A DNA stretch of 64,000 nucleotides from Octopus vulgaris (GCA_951406725.2 OX597820.1:98084001-98148000), one strand, 5' to 3'; shown: positions 12,619 to 27,162, counted from the first letter of the stretch. Numbers and translations are program-made. Notes: generated by a model from the letters alone, not told the origin.

Positions 12619-12822
12619 AATGTGACCGCGTGTGTACCGTTGGCGATTTTTTTCCTCTGTCTTCCCTTCTCTGGATCTTTCCTGCTATGTTTCCGACGAA
12701 GATTTCCGCTTGAAACGTTAAACCCTCCTTCTTTCCTTCTTTCCTGAGCGTCCAATAATACTATATTTGTTCCACGTCCTCCTGTTGTGTTTTTCTGTGC
12801 TTTCATTGTTTGGATTAACTAT
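12615..12822 (+). mobile_element. Family P1 copy with a mutated minimal hammerhead (12689-12723)
   Basis: GTTTCCGACGAAGATTTCCGCTTGAAACGTTAAAC; matches the reverse complement of 5593-5793. Confidence 0.75.
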
Positions 12823-13106
12823 ATATATATATATAACTTTATAAAAATAGGGTAAAGTAAAATAATTTTTAGAAATAGCGGCCAAAAATTTGGCTATTTC
12901 TTCTACTGCAAGAAAAAGTCTCTCAGACAATGCATACTCAGAAATAACTCACAGAGGTATAAAGGAAAAACAACAATTATTTTACTTTACCCTATTTTTA
13001 TAAAGTAATATTTCAAATATACCGTAAATGGTCGTTTTACATACCGAACACTGCTCGGTCGAATTGATTAATAATTAATTAATTCTTAATTCTATCCTTT
13101 TTTATT

Positions 13107-13141
<35 letters not shown>

Positions 13142-13147
13142 CATATA

Positions 13148-13710
13148 TCACACGGGAAAATGAGAGCCACAAAAATAATGTTCTTAAGATTATAAATCTG
13201 GAAAAGTACAGGACAAGTTGTTACTTCTATGTGTTATTACTTTTAACTTCTATTCAAAATAAAAGAAATATCTCAAAATATATTTTGCACTTTAAAACTT
13301 CATCTTTGAAAATTATTAAGTAATAATCAGATAGAAATTTGAAAATAGGTTATAAAATATAATAATAATACATAATTAGTACAATAAATATAATAATACA
13401 AAAAATAGCTAAATATTACAATAAAATCTACCTATAGCAACAAATTCACAGTAAAATTTGCTTGAGTTATTGCCTAAGTTATTACCAAGTCTTCACATTT
13501 ATATTCTTGAACAATGCCTATATCTTACATAACGAATTTGCCTACCTTTTATACTATTCTACTTCGCATATAACTTCAGCTATATTGGTACCTCTGTCTT
13601 ATGTTTTAAGTACTCTAGTGTGTCAATATTTTAACAAAATAAGGTGGCTAGCTGGTAGACTTTTTTGATACCAAAATATAACTATGGACCAGTCCACTTC
13701 AAAAATGTTA
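13148..13710 (+). repeat. AT-rich interspersed repeat, probable TIR/foldback DNA element
   Basis: 13420-13710 matches 51160-51445; 13150-13225 is the reverse complement of the ends at ~51735-51810 and ~51955-52032. Confidence 0.55.
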
Positions 13711-13856
13711 ACGGTTTTCCATTTGCTTAAGAACTTAATTAACGACAAGCCCTGAAAGATGATGCGTGCAAGTAAATTGTAGCTTTAAGAATATTATTCA
13801 ACTACTGCCGTAGGTGAATAATATATATGTTTATATTTGTTATGTATCTTTTTACT

Positions 13857-13924
<68 letters not shown>

Positions 13925-14031
13925 GTATATATATTTTACAAAATATAAAGTTATATATGGAGATCGCTAGTGACAACAACGGTCAAAATATATAACAGAC
14001 TGGAATAGTAGTGCTCAAATGAGCTGTATAC

Positions 14032-14673
14032 ACTTTTTAATCCGGGGGGAGGTAATGTGAGCAGCAACTACAAGAACACTACAAAATCCACAGAAAGATC
14101 AAACACATACATATATATCATTTATATCTACAGAACAGATATAAAGCCCGACGTTTAAATATATATTAATCTATAAATATATAAACATCATATAAAGATA
14201 TATAAATATATAAGAGAACCAATGTTGCACCTTGAATTTACGCTTAAACTCGTAAAACATTTAGTAAAAATTTGCTAAATTAAAAATTCGGGGTAATAAA
14301 ACATACAATGACATATTAAAATGACAAATTAAAATTCCAGAAAAAAATATACAAAAATATATAAATATACAAATTTACAAAAATACATAAAAGTTCATCT
14401 ACAGGCCGTTTCGGAGACGCGCCAACTTATACCAAATGTTTTTCGAGTTTAAGCGTAAACTCAAGGTGTTATATATGCAACATTGATTTTCTTATATATT
14501 TATATATTTTTATATGATGTTTATATATTTATATATTAATATATTTTTAAACGTCGGGTTTTATATCAGTTCTGTAGATATAAATGAATATATGTATGTG
14601 TTTGATCTTTCTGTGGATTTTGTAGTGTTCTTGTAGTTGCTACTCACATTGCCTCCCCTCGGATTAAAAAGTA
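14032..14673. repeat. ~240-bp inverted repeat (Penelope-like foldback)
   Basis: 14032-14272 vs 14427-14673; the loop holds a half hammerhead (minus strand GAAACGGCCTGTAGATG, ~14396-14417). Confidence 0.75.
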
Positions 14674-14692
14674 TATATATATAAATATATAA

Positions 14693-14725
<33 letters not shown>

Positions 14726-14817
14726 TGTATGTATGTATGTATGTATGTATATATATATAGTTGTTAAATAACTGATCAGTAAGCTGCTCTTATACAAATT
14801 TAGGGAAACTAAATATA

Positions 14818-15224
14818 CGCAGGAGTGGCTGTGTGGTAAGTAGCTTGCTTACCAACCATATGGTTCCGGGTTCAGTCCCACTGCGTAGCACCTTGGGCAA
14901 GTGTCTTCTACTATAGCCTCGGGCCGACCAAAGCCTTGTGAGTGGATTTGGTAGACGGAAACTGAAAGAAGCCCGTCGTATATATGTATATATATGTGCG
15001 TGTGTGTTTGTGTGTCTGTGTTTGCCCCCCTAGCATTTCCTGACAACCGATGCTGGTGTGTTTATGTCCCCGTAACTTAGCGGTTCGGCAAAAGAGACCG
15101 ATAGAATAAGTACTAGGCTTACAAAGAATAAGTCCCGGGGTCGAGTTGCTCGACTAAAGGCGGTGCTCCAGCATGACTGCAGTCAAATGACTGAAACAAG
15201 TAAAAGAGTAAAAGAGTAAGAGTA
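14818..15224 (+). mobile_element. SINE family A, full copy (tRNA head, CORE-like ACCTTGGGCAAGT, LINE-derived 3' end)
   Basis: A box TGGCTGTGTGG, B box GGTTCAGTCCC, CORE-like motif, internal microsatellite, 3' double hairpin, (AGTAAAAG)n tail. Confidence 0.85.
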
Positions 15225-15530
15225 TACCCACGCCATCCAATGAGCTCTGCACCCGAATTCTACTGGAAAAGATAATTGATGTCATTAAGCGTATGAGGTG
15301 GAAAGCATTCTACCATGACCTAGCCACACCATTGCCGGAGGGCAACAACTGTGGAATCAGTTTGAGGAAATACCCACCTAGTATCAGGGACCTCGAACCC
15401 TTCGGGGCGGACTTACTGTGCATCATTCCCAAGCTGAGGCCAACAGGTCTTCTGATATGACGATACGCCATAAGGCTAAGCCCTTTAAGGACAGGAAATC
15501 TAAGGTAATCCCATGAACCGCCATTCTCCC

Positions 15531-15591
<61 letters not shown>

Positions 15592-15599
15592 CACACACA

Positions 15600-15648
<49 letters not shown>

Positions 15649-16603
15649 CTATGTGTATTTATGTATATATATATATATATATATATATAAGTATGTTTAT
15701 ATAAGCAATATACACACGCTAAAGAAGAAACATATGAGCATGCCTACACTAGTTAGTAGTCGACCATATATATATCAAGGCACGGAAAACGAAATGTCTT
15801 CTCTTATTTTATCGACATATCTTCAGACATCCATTCATACACACACACAAACACACACACCACACACGCGCGCGCGCATAACGGTCGTCAAGCTCTGTTT
15901 TGCAACAAAAAATGTTAATCAATCGAAAGACATCCTAATTATCAATACATGAATGCAATAAGCGACAGCGTGGTAACGTCTGTTTGCCTTTCCTCTTCCA
16001 TAACTCAGCCAACCCCACTTTCACCTATCTTTGCCTTACCTGTTTTCTCTTCTCTTTAGTAGTCTCTAAACCTTTTTTCTTTATCATCCTATAATATTTC
16101 TCTTCGTTCATACCCTTTTCAATTCTATAATATTTTCTTTCGTTTTGTTTTCTTATTTCTCCGTTGTTCTCTTTCTGTCTTATTTCGCTCATTCGTCTTA
16201 ACATTTCTTTTGTGTTTTGTTTTAATTCTTTTACTTACTTTTTTCTAATATTTATGATTCTCTCTCTTCTAGTCTGGTTGTTTTCCGCCATTTTCCGGTT
16301 CGGTTCATTTACTACAACGCAAATAACTGATCTATATTAGTGTATTACCAATATCGGACTGAAGTGCTTACATAAACCATCATTGAAGTCAAGGATCTTA
16401 GACGTTTTTTATCTATCAGATAATTGATAGTTTGCTTTATATATCTCTACTTATTTATGTATGTGTGTATGTATGCATGTATGTATGAGCATATATATAT
16501 ATATACATAAAAAACAGATAAATATACGCACATACATACACATGCATAAGTACACACATGTATTTATATAGATACATATATACATGTATATACATACTTA
16601 TAT

Positions 16604-16653
<50 letters not shown>

Positions 16654-16708
16654 TATACATGTACATACATACTTATATATACACATATATATATCTATAA
16701 ACCTATAC

Positions 16709-16806
<98 letters not shown>

Positions 16807-16948
16807 CTGTTTCTATATATATTTATGTGTATATAACAAAAGAGGGGGTGTATTTACACGCAGGAAAAAATATAGGCAAATTAGTTATTGAAAATACACC
16901 CAATTTTGTAAAATTTGTAATTGATTTAAAATGAACTTTTTACATATA

Positions 16949-16990
16949 TACCAAACTAGTTTCAACAATATTTTTTGTTTATCAGTAGTA
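16949..16990 (-). ncRNA. Decayed type I hammerhead (G8 lost)
   Basis: UACUA-CUGAU.A-AACAA-AAAAUA-UUGUU-GAAA-CUAG-UU-UGGUA. Confidence 0.45.
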
Positions 16991-19223
16991 AAAATTTAGA
17001 ATCATGAATTAGAAAACCATATTTAGAAGTTTCAATATTGACATGTTTAAATGTTCATAACAGTCAATAATATAAAAACTGTGGATCAACTTGTTTAAAT
17101 GGAAAAAATTCAATAGTGTTAGTAGTGGTCGACAAGAAATGAACGTCATCAGGTTTTTCAGTCATACTGAGTTAAGAGGGAGAAATGAAGATAGTAAAAA
17201 AAAGGGATTTAGTTTAGAGTTTCTGTGCTCCTCTTTCCGTCTTGTGCAGGAACTTTCGCTTGTAACGTTGTTTTTGGGATCCGGTGATTTATAATTTTTT
17301 TTTCCGCGAACGGAGCTGATTTTTGATTCGGAAAGGAACTGGTGACGCTTTGTTTTTCTGGTGGTCTAGTTTGTTGTTCTGCCTGGTTGGCTTTCCTGTG
17401 GGGAACGGTCATCATCCATTCCAGTTGGTCGATTCTCTTAAAGGGTCATTTTGGTGTATTTGCTGCAGTTAGGTTTTGACCAGACTTTGGGGATAGTAAC
17501 ATCCATGATACAAAAAGATGGAATGGTCCTAGAAACTTTACATATGTAACCAGTAAATGGGGTAGGATATCAGCAGGTGCACAGGATCGTACGAATCTTC
17601 CACCCTCAATATAGCCATACCCCAATATAATTGTTATCTCATGAGAACCATTTTAATAAATGATAACCCACAGCCCTTTCACAGAAATCGTGCCCACCTC
17701 TATGAAGTGCATGAAATCATATCGGAGAAAAAGTTCCATTTGTTGTTTGTGTTAAGTTTAAATTGATGACCAGTTTAACACCAAGATTCATTGCATTGGC
17801 GTACCATGAGTTTTAGCCAGCCTGTACTGTAGTCAAATAGGTCATAACCTTCATCACAACATATCTCCGACTACAGCAAATACATGTAAATTAGCCGCCC
17901 TCTACAGTTACCCCACGCTGCGCTACGAATTCATTGGCCGCCGTTAGGGGAGCTTACTCTGTGAAAAGCATTGGGACTTCATTTCTGATCTGCGCGTAAA
18001 TTCCTCCTTACCAATTTCCCCCCAAAAAGCTTAGGAGGTTCTGAAAATGATTATATGTGGTGCCTATAACAATCAAAATTCTCTAGATATTCACCGACGT
18101 GAAATTTAATTTAGAAATTGGAAAATATGAAGGTGACTTATCAAAACGTCATAAATACGGAGAAGATCATGTGATCGCCAACAGAACACTCCACAATGAG
18201 CATGTATCAGCTGATATCCCCAGCAAGTCGTTTCTATTAGTAACGTATATAGGTTTCACGATGACAAATCTACAATTGCTGAAACTAATTAGAAATTCTT
18301 TTATATTATGATATTTTTCTTTCTCTTAACTTCTAAGTTTTTTAAAACATTTTTCCTATTGTTCTGCTTTTTTTTTCTTTGTGAGTGTTTTCTTTAGATT
18401 TTAATAGATTTCCTCAGTTTTTGGTTTTCTTATGTGGGGGACACATTTGCATCATTTTGCAAGAAATACCTCTCTTACTTTCTCTGTCCACTTCTTTCTT
18501 TTTTTGTATTCTCTTCTATCACCCTTTGTATTTTTCCTCACCCACTTTATATCTTTATGTCTTTCTCTTTTTTCTTTATATCTCTCATCCTATCATGCCC
18601 ATCCTTTATTTCTCTCTCTCTCTCTTTCTGTATCTCAGTCTGTTTGCATGTCTGTCTGTCTTTTTCTCTCACTCTCTCGCCCACTTTATTTTAGCGCTCA
18701 CACCATCGGTACACTTGAGGTCATTCCTTATTTTAAATAATGTGTCGTGTAATTACTTACAAACACATATAAAGTCGAAATATAAACAATCATAGTTATA
18801 AATAAGTTACTTTCTTTTATTCTTACTAACCTTCCCAAATCCATGCTTCTATTAAATAATAAAACACAGCATTTTTTCTTTTCATAAAATCCATATTAAG
18901 AAAAACACATACATATACACACAGGCACACCATTGTAGACACATACCTAAATACCCACTGACGCACAGTCACAAACACATACATTCACACAAACATAAGC
19001 ACTTACATACAATGTTCATGCAAAGCTGTACGCTTCTGTACGTGCACACGTATACTACAACGAGTGCACAAACAATATCCAGCATGCGCCCAGAAGAAAG
19101 ATTAGAGGGAACGTTGCTTACATACACAAGCGTATAGATATGTCTAAATAATAACATATAACAATAAAATTGCATAACGCACACGCACAAACATATACGT
19201 ACACATGTGCACACATACATACA

Positions 19224-19256
<33 letters not shown>

Positions 19257-19435
19257 GTATGTATATATATGTGTGTGTGTTTGGTGTATATATATATATA
19301 TATATATATATAGTCAGTTGATGGGCTCCACTACCTCAAATATTCTTAAATCCACATCTTTGTCTATATATCTACCTTCTCTATAATGTTGCCACTTGAT
19401 ATGAAAATTTTTGTATTAATGGAAAACCTCTATAA

Positions 19436-19521
19436 TTGGCTGATGAGTGCTCAGCATTTTAAAACTGTTGTAATACTTACAACATTTAATAAAATGATGT
19501 AGTACGAAACGATTGTACCAA
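19436..19521 (+). ncRNA. Canonical type I hammerhead ribozyme
   Basis: UUGG-CUGAUGA-GUGCU...AGUAC-GAAA-CGAUUG-UA-CCAA; long stem II with CAUUUUA/UAAAAUG and a UGUUGUAA/UUACAACA hairpin; GUA cleavage triplet. Confidence 0.8.
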
Positions 19522-19580
19522 ATTACCGGAGTCATTCTTGTTGCTTATTTTGAGTATATATATACACCAAACACACACGT

Positions 19581-19627
<47 letters not shown>

Positions 19628-19985
19628 TAAGTAGAGTTAGCGGTTGGAATAACCATCTAAGAGATAAGAATATCCGTTCTTAATACCAGTATCATTTATC
19701 TGTACTATTCCTGGGTATGGGTATGTAAGCACACTATGCTCATAGGATACAGGTAATAACTGAATAAACAAAAGTGTACCTGGAATCAAATTTAAATAAG
19801 CATGGAGAAAACGTTATATTAACAAACAAATTGACCAACATCGGTTTATTATTTTTTAATACAAAACTTAAGATAATATTACATATTATCTTACGGCCAT
19901 TTTTGCTGCCAATGTTAATCAGTGCTTACAAAGAAAATTCGGAGAATAATGTTCGCCATCTTTATAGGATATTCGATCTAGAACA

Positions 19986-20619
19986 TAGAAATAGCAGCCA
20001 AAGACCGCTTATTTCTATTTTCGTCAAATATAACTCCACATGTAACATATACATGTAACTCACATGTGTAAAACAGGATGAAAAATAACGAAAACAAAGT
20101 CTTCGGTTAGTTACGGACGCGTTTCTCGGTCAGAATTATAAACAAATCCATTCCCGTCTTAATAAATATTTACTCTTATATTATTGATAATGGAATTTTC
20201 ACTCCCTTATGCCAATCCATAGTTCTGTTCCCGAGGAACTATTTTTGTGACGCACATGGTAAAATTTTGGAGGGAAAATACGAATTCATTCATCTATATG
20301 GATCGGCCTGTGTTGAATATATCCTGCTATCTCCGATGGCGCGAGGTCGGGAAGCAAGAAGTATGTAAATTAACATTTGCAAATCTATCTAATGGAATGT
20401 TACGCTGAAGACGGGAATGGATTTGTTTATACTACTGACCGAGAAACGCGTCCATAACTAACCGAAGACTTTGTTTTCGTTATTTTTCATCCTGTTTTAC
20501 ACATGTGAGTTACATATATATGTTATATGTAGAGTTATATTTGTAGAAAATAGAAATAAGTGGTCTTTGACTGCTATTTCTAATTTTTCGGTATGTGGCT
20601 AAGCAGCCTGTTGCTTGCC

Positions 20620-20625
<6 letters not shown>
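19986..20625. mobile_element. Penelope-like foldback, ~175-bp inverted repeat
   Basis: 19986-20160 vs 20408-20582; the right arm ends in GCTATTTCTA...GCCCTTTATATA (TA)n, like the 557-bp unit. Confidence 0.75.
20399..20458 (+). ncRNA. Type I hammerhead ribozyme candidate
   Basis: GUUACG-CUGAAGA-CGG...CCG-A-GAAA-CGCG-UC-CAUAAC; the inverted copy has CGUAAC, which gives a perfect 6-bp stem I. Confidence 0.65.
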
Positions 20626-20684
<59 letters not shown>

Positions 20685-21256
20685 CACATAAGACAAACAC
20701 ATGAGATGATATTTATTTAATACTGGTACTGGTCATGTTTCTACAAAATATCCATTTCCTGCCTGATGTTCTGCAAACAACAGAGACATCAATAGCAGTT
20801 CAATATTATCCTGCCTCCCGAGAACAACGCTTCATTTTATTGTTTAACGTGTCGAAAGAATGAAGATACGCATCGGAAGAAAACAAGGGAAAATTGTTTA
20901 CGACTTCTTAATCCTTTTAATGTCAAAAGACTTCCAGAGAGCTCAACTGCGTAGTAAAAAAAAAAAATTAACATCAGAGGATTATTAAATATAGGATTTA
21001 GACATTTATATATTAAAGGTAACAGATTTCCACTGATCTACTCTGAAGTATAATGCAACAAATTGCTCGATAAATATTTAACAATAGGCAAAGATATTTA
21101 GAGCTACGACATTAGTGAACAGGATAAATGTGGAACAAGTTTTAAAGAACTAAAAGACCGTAGATAATAATACATATTTTTGTGCGTGCTTGTGCATATG
21201 TGTATGTGCGTGTGTCAGTGTGTGTATGTTTGCATGCGCGTGTATATGTGCATCTA

Positions 21257-21287
<31 letters not shown>

Positions 21288-21307
21288 TTGTGTGTGTGTG
21301 TGTCTGT

Positions 21308-21374
<67 letters not shown>

Positions 21375-21603
21375 TGTATATATGTATGTATGTTGTGTGT
21401 GTATGTGTCTGCGAGTGAGATGTATGTATAAAATTAGTAGGCAATTCTACTTCGAAATTCACCCTACCGTTTTAGAAATGGATGAATACACTTGATAAAT
21501 TACTATTGAATGTAATATGCCAGACCGTTTTGGGCATTCATACATGAATAATAAAGAGAAGCGTTTTTTGTTTTCAGTATCAATAAGCTGTTAAAGAAGA
21601 TAG

Positions 21604-21674
<71 letters not shown>

Positions 21675-21826
21675 CGACAACAACAATGACAATAATAATG
21701 GTTTCCAATTTTAGCACAAGGCCAGCAGCATTGGGGAGGGCTTAAATCGATAACATCAATCCTAATGTTTAGCTGGAACTTACTTTATCGACTTCGAAAG
21801 GATGAAGGCCAAAATCGACCACGGGG

Positions 21827-21934
<108 letters not shown>

Positions 21935-21975
21935 TAACAATAGCAACAACAACAACAACAACAATAATAATAATA

Positions 21976-22482
21976 AATGCCCTGATGCAGTACCAGGCAG
22001 TGACTCTCGTGGCTTTGTGATCTTAAGTGATTGGAAGTGTTATCATATACATTGATAACACACCAAATATTCTGCTCGATACCACAGATTTGCATGTTAG
22101 TTGTTTGACCTGACGATATGTGCATATCTGATCACGAGCAGAAGTAGTGGGGGAGCATTATAGCCATGTGTTGAGAGGGATTCTTTTGGGTTTGAATAAT
22201 TCACCTCTGGAAAAATGGGTGTTTCGTTCATCATCCATAAACAACCCTTATTCAGGGACCTTTTAAGCTGATGGGTTACTTGACCAGAAGAAAATTCTAA
22301 CTGGGCCCCACCTGCAAGGTCATGTACTATTTATCTTGGTATAAGATCACCATGCCGCGCACATATGGTTGTGATGCATGGGTCTAGTGTACTCTTCTCA
22401 GACGGGTAGTCATTATGGGTATCCTGGGCTACGTATATTTTACTCCAGTATCACTTTGATGGCATGCACTGCTCTCTCACTC
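21976..22482. repeat. ~500-bp complex insert embedded in (TAA)n, possibly Dong/R4-related
   Basis: Balanced-GC block flanked on both sides by TAA/TGA triplet runs. The family assignment is inference only. Confidence 0.35.
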
Positions 22483-22492
22483 AATAATGATA

Positions 22493-22524
<32 letters not shown>

Positions 22525-22564
22525 GATGATGATGATTAGGATGATGATGCAAACGAATACAAAA

Positions 22565-24160
22565 ATCGCCACGATATGGTAGGACAGTCAATACGTACAG
22601 GTGGAAGGAGAGGGGACACCCTTGAGGGACCGATGGGGAGATCTGAAACGGTTCTGAGAGGTGGCCATTAATTTTGCCCACCGATCAGATGCCGCTGTGC
22701 ATTGCAGCGATCCAACCTCTGAAGACGGGTCCGGAGCCACCTGCTTTGAGGAGAGCCTCCAGATATCGATTTATCTAAATTGATGAGCGCTCCACAGGCG
22801 CCAAGTTTACACCTTACTCTTTGTATGATGTATCGCAGGAGGTGGAAGTTGTCGTGTATGGACCTAGTCGGGATTGCGCAGGTTTGTGCCTCTTTGACCA
22901 AGTCCTCGGCGACAAGCCCCAACCTCTTTGCTAATACCTTGGGCAGAATCTTAAACGCTGTGTTAAGCAGAGTTATAGGCCTGAAATTATCTAACGTCAC
23001 TACGTCCGGCTCATAGAACTGGGAATACTCCCGTTCTGCTACCAGTTGCAGTTGAGTGCTTCAAAGAGATCAGAGAACAAGTCTGGCATATTTACGTAAA
23101 GTTCATCTAATCCTGGTGACTTGTGCCTCTTGCAACCGACAAGGGCATCCTGAATTTCGGCTGAAGTTATTTACCTTTCACAGTGCTCAGCGTCAGCCGT
23201 CGGGGTAGGAACAGAAGTCCGCTACCATCTCCACCCCATCGCTTTCTCCGAACAACCGAGCAAAGGCCTCACACATCTGCCTGGAATTTCTCAGCTCGTG
23301 TTTCTCGGTCCGTCAAAGACCGAATTGTGATTTTGTTACCATGCTGCATCTCCGCTACCCGGGGCCCATCAAATAGCTTTGATCCTCTCGTTTCCTAGAG
23401 CATGCGCCTTAGCTCTGACAATGCAACCTTCATGTTTCGCGTTGAAGAACTGGTCTAATGCCATTCTCGCTGCTAGCACGTCGGTTGCAATGCCACTACA
23501 AATAGCCTCGTCTTGCTTAGCTACAAACCTCTTGCTTTTTTATCTTTTTCTAACGCTATTTCTTTGTTAAACCCTATCGACATTACTCTAATCTCTCTTT
23601 TGAGAGCGGCCCACCACCTGTTGTTGACGACACCTCCTGTGAACCTCTGCTTAACTAAATTGCTGACCCGGTTCCTGCAAGCCTTACGTACCAGAAACGA
23701 CATGTTCAGCTTCCAGTACCCGGGTCCTAGCCTACGCGTCTTATCTAGGTTAACCGTACAGATTACAAATTTATGGTCTGAATAAGCAACCGTTTTAAGA
23801 AGTGGACACCCTACACTGTACCTGTCTATTTTTCTAGTGAAAATCGTATCTATGTACGATCTAGATGACCCTAAGCGGTTGTTCCAGGTCCACACTGGCG
23901 CATTTCGGAAATCTCGTCGGTACTTGTCAGACAGTTGAAACTAGCTGATCAGGTGCTTGAGGCTTTTGCACCCCACTATTCTATCAGCTACTCCTACATA
24001 ATCCCAGCGTTGATCCAAGATTCCGTTCTAGTTCCCTACAACAGTATAGGGCGAGACGTACCTAGAAAGGCTTCCAGACGCCTAAAGAAATCTGGCCTCT
24101 TGGCTCCGGTAGAAGCGTTGACAGCCACCAGTCTAAAGACACTACCTTCACTGTTGCTTA
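22565..24160 (-). pseudogene. Decayed Tx1/L1-group LINE ORF2 (APE endonuclease plus N-terminal RT)
   Basis: Motifs across frames: WTWNN..SYIDTIF, YSDHKFV, GPGYWKLNMSFL, NFRPITLLNTAFKILPKVLAKRL, QTCAIPTRSIHDN, SVPQGCPLS. Confidence 0.85.
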
Positions 24161-24163
24161 AAT

Positions 24164-24329
24164 ATATATAACATACAGAAAATTGCACTACTGGGCACTG
24201 CACACATCCTACGCAAAACACTTTCAATACAGTAACTATAAGAGCATCACAGCAAACCACAGCACATACCCAAGGCACACGGAGCTGCGCTCGGTAGTGA
24301 AGTGAAAGCACGCTACAAAAATAAAACTA

Positions 24330-24332
<3 letters not shown>
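24164..24332 (+). mobile_element. 3' end of a Dong/R4-clade (RLE) non-LTR retrotransposon
   Basis: IYNIQKIALLGTAHILRKTLSIQ* (24164-24235) resembles the R4/Dong C-terminus; ~100-bp 3' UTR followed by (TAA)n, the known Dong target. Confidence 0.7.
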
Positions 24333-24415
<83 letters not shown>

Positions 24416-24614
24416 GAAGAAGAAGAAGAAGAAGAACAACAACAACAACAACAACAACAACACTGATAATAATAATCTTTTCGACTCGACCCAGGTTTGG
24501 TATTATTCCTTGTAGAATTTACGTGTAACCTTAGATAACCACTTTTCAATAATCTTTTAATTGTTCAAAGCCCTTCTCATAATCTTTCCTTCCGAGGTCG
24601 AATTTGCCTTTCAT

Positions 24615-24673
<59 letters not shown>

Positions 24674-25292
24674 ACTATAACCATCATCAGCATCATCATT
24701 ATTGTTATTATTACTATGTTTACTATTATTTCTATTTTAATGGCACTAATTTAGGACAAGATGAGTAATTTTCAGGGAAGGAGTTAGTCGATGGGACTGA
24801 TACCGTATTTGTCTCATACTATATTTCCTCGACACCAGAGGGATGAAAGGCAAAGGCTTCCGCGACGGGATTTTGAACTGAGAACGTAAAAATCCAGAAA
24901 ATAGTAAGAATGATGATGTTGATGACGACCGTGATGAAAATGATGTTGATGATGATGATAATAATAATAATTGTTTCTACTACAAATATAACGCCTGACA
25001 TTTTGAGTGAGGTGGTATCTCGATTAGATAGATTCTAACGCTCGACTAATACTAATTTTATCGTGCTCGATAGAACTAAATGCACAGTCGACCTCTATAG
25101 TATTTGGACTTGAAATGTAAAGAGTTAGACCAAATGCTTCTGATATTTTTCCGATGCTCTAGCGATTGTGCAATAATAATAATGATGATGATGATGACGA
25201 TGATGACGATGATAAAAATAGTAATAATAATAACAACAATTACTATTACTAACATTATTATTGTTAGTATTACTGTTAATTCTACTACAAAA

Positions 25293-25359
<67 letters not shown>

Positions 25360-26097
25360 ATCATTACTCCTTTTGCTGAGCCATTTAGAGCAATTACATT
25401 CATCATTATTCATGCATACAAAACATGAAGCTTTAAGCGACTAAGGGGTTACAAAACGTGTTGGCAAGGACAATCAAATAATTTAAAAACGAAGGGAGTA
25501 GGTCAGGGACGTTATACGCCAAAAATGAAGGAAAATGGAATCTTTTATAAATAAGTAAAAATTAAACAATAAATGCAATATTTTTGTATTTTGTATTTGC
25601 AAGGTTTTTGATGTGAACTTGTGTAATGAAATATATTTTGAAGTATCTTGGGAATGTCATTATGCCAATTGTAAGCACACACCTTGGTTCTGTGTCTATT
25701 AAATTATCGATGTTTTGATTAATCCTCCAGTCAATCAAGCAGCTAAATGTGTCAAGGTTCATTCGTTGTTGTTTGCGGCCTAAGCAGGTCTCAGATCTCA
25801 GAGACAGATCTGAAGAAGATGTAGAGTAGAGAAGGGACGTCATTGATGAGATCGCTCAGGGCGACAGGAGGAAGGTACTTTGACAAATATAACTGATGGA
25901 TTGATTAACTGAACGATTAACGAAACAATCGATTAATTAGTAGGTTAAAAGGCTAATCAAATGAATGAAAACAGAACCAATGCGTATTTTTCTACTTGGC
26001 GTAACACCTTTCCCGAGATACACTAAATATAAAGTTTTATTTAAAATGTGAATATATTTTAAAATATTTAGCGCTGCCTTGCTATATACACATTTCA

Positions 26098-26324
26098 TTT
26101 CTTTATTGCCCACAAGGGGCTAAACATAGAGGGGACAAACAAGGACAGACAAAGGGATTAAGTCGATTACATGGACCCAGTGCGTAACTGGTACTTGATT
26201 TATCGACCCCGAAAGGATGAAAGGCAAAGTCGACCTCGGCGGAATTTGAACTCAGAACGTAGCGGCAGACGAAATACCGCTATGCATTTCGCCCGGCGCG
26301 CTAACGTGTCTGCCAGCTCGCCGC
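26098..26324 (-). mobile_element. SINE family B, full copy
   Basis: Near-identical to 7342-7573. Confidence 0.8.
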
Positions 26325-26599
26325 GGGAATTCGCTGGTTTGGTCGAGATAGAACATCCCGCATCACTTCTAGCTTGGCATCATTTATACCGGATCATCTT
26401 GCACTCTGTTATGCTTATTATTATCTTCAACGTGCAATGGGACAAGAAACAAGCCGCTGCTCCCAACTAATCTGATATTAGCTGAAGAAAATGGCGTGCC
26501 GTTATTTTTAAAACTAGTCTGTCTTTAGAGTTTCCCTATTTGGTGTTGAGGCGCCTTAGTTTTTCTTTCGAAAGGCAGTGAATTTCGTTGTTTTTCCCA

Positions 26600-26785
26600 A
26601 CCATCGCTTGACAACCGATGCTTGTGTGTTAACGTCCTCGTAACTCAGTGGTTCGGCAAAAGAGACCGATAGAATAACCACTAGGTTTACAAAGAATAAG
26701 TCCTGGGATCGTCTTTTCGACTAAAGGCGGTGCTACAGCATGGCCGTAGTCAAATGACTGAAACAAATGAAAGAAAAACAGTAAA
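26600..26785 (+). mobile_element. SINE family A, 3' half
   Basis: CTTGACAACCGATG...GGCGGTGCTACAGCATGGCCGTAGTCAAATGACTGAAAC. Confidence 0.75.
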
Positions 26786-26825
26786 AGAATACATACATAT
26801 CTATCTATCTATCTATCTATCTATA

Positions 26826-26872
<47 letters not shown>

Positions 26873-26931
26873 GTATGTATGTATGTATGTATGTATGTAT
26901 GTATTTATGTATGTATCTATCTGTCTATCTG

Positions 26932-26970
<39 letters not shown>

Positions 26971-27046
26971 GTCTATCTGTCTATCTGTCTGTCTGTCTGT
27001 CTGTCTGTCTATGTATGTATGCATGTATGTATGTATCAATCTATCA

Positions 27047-27088
<42 letters not shown>

Positions 27089-27162
27089 ATATATATATAT
27101 GCATGAATATATCTATGTATATATGTATGCACATATGTATATGTATAAGGATACACACACAT

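Noticed and set aside
17000-18300. Complex sequence that might be a host exon or Penelope coding region
   Set aside because: No long ORF or recognisable RT/GIY-YIG motif could be read by eye.
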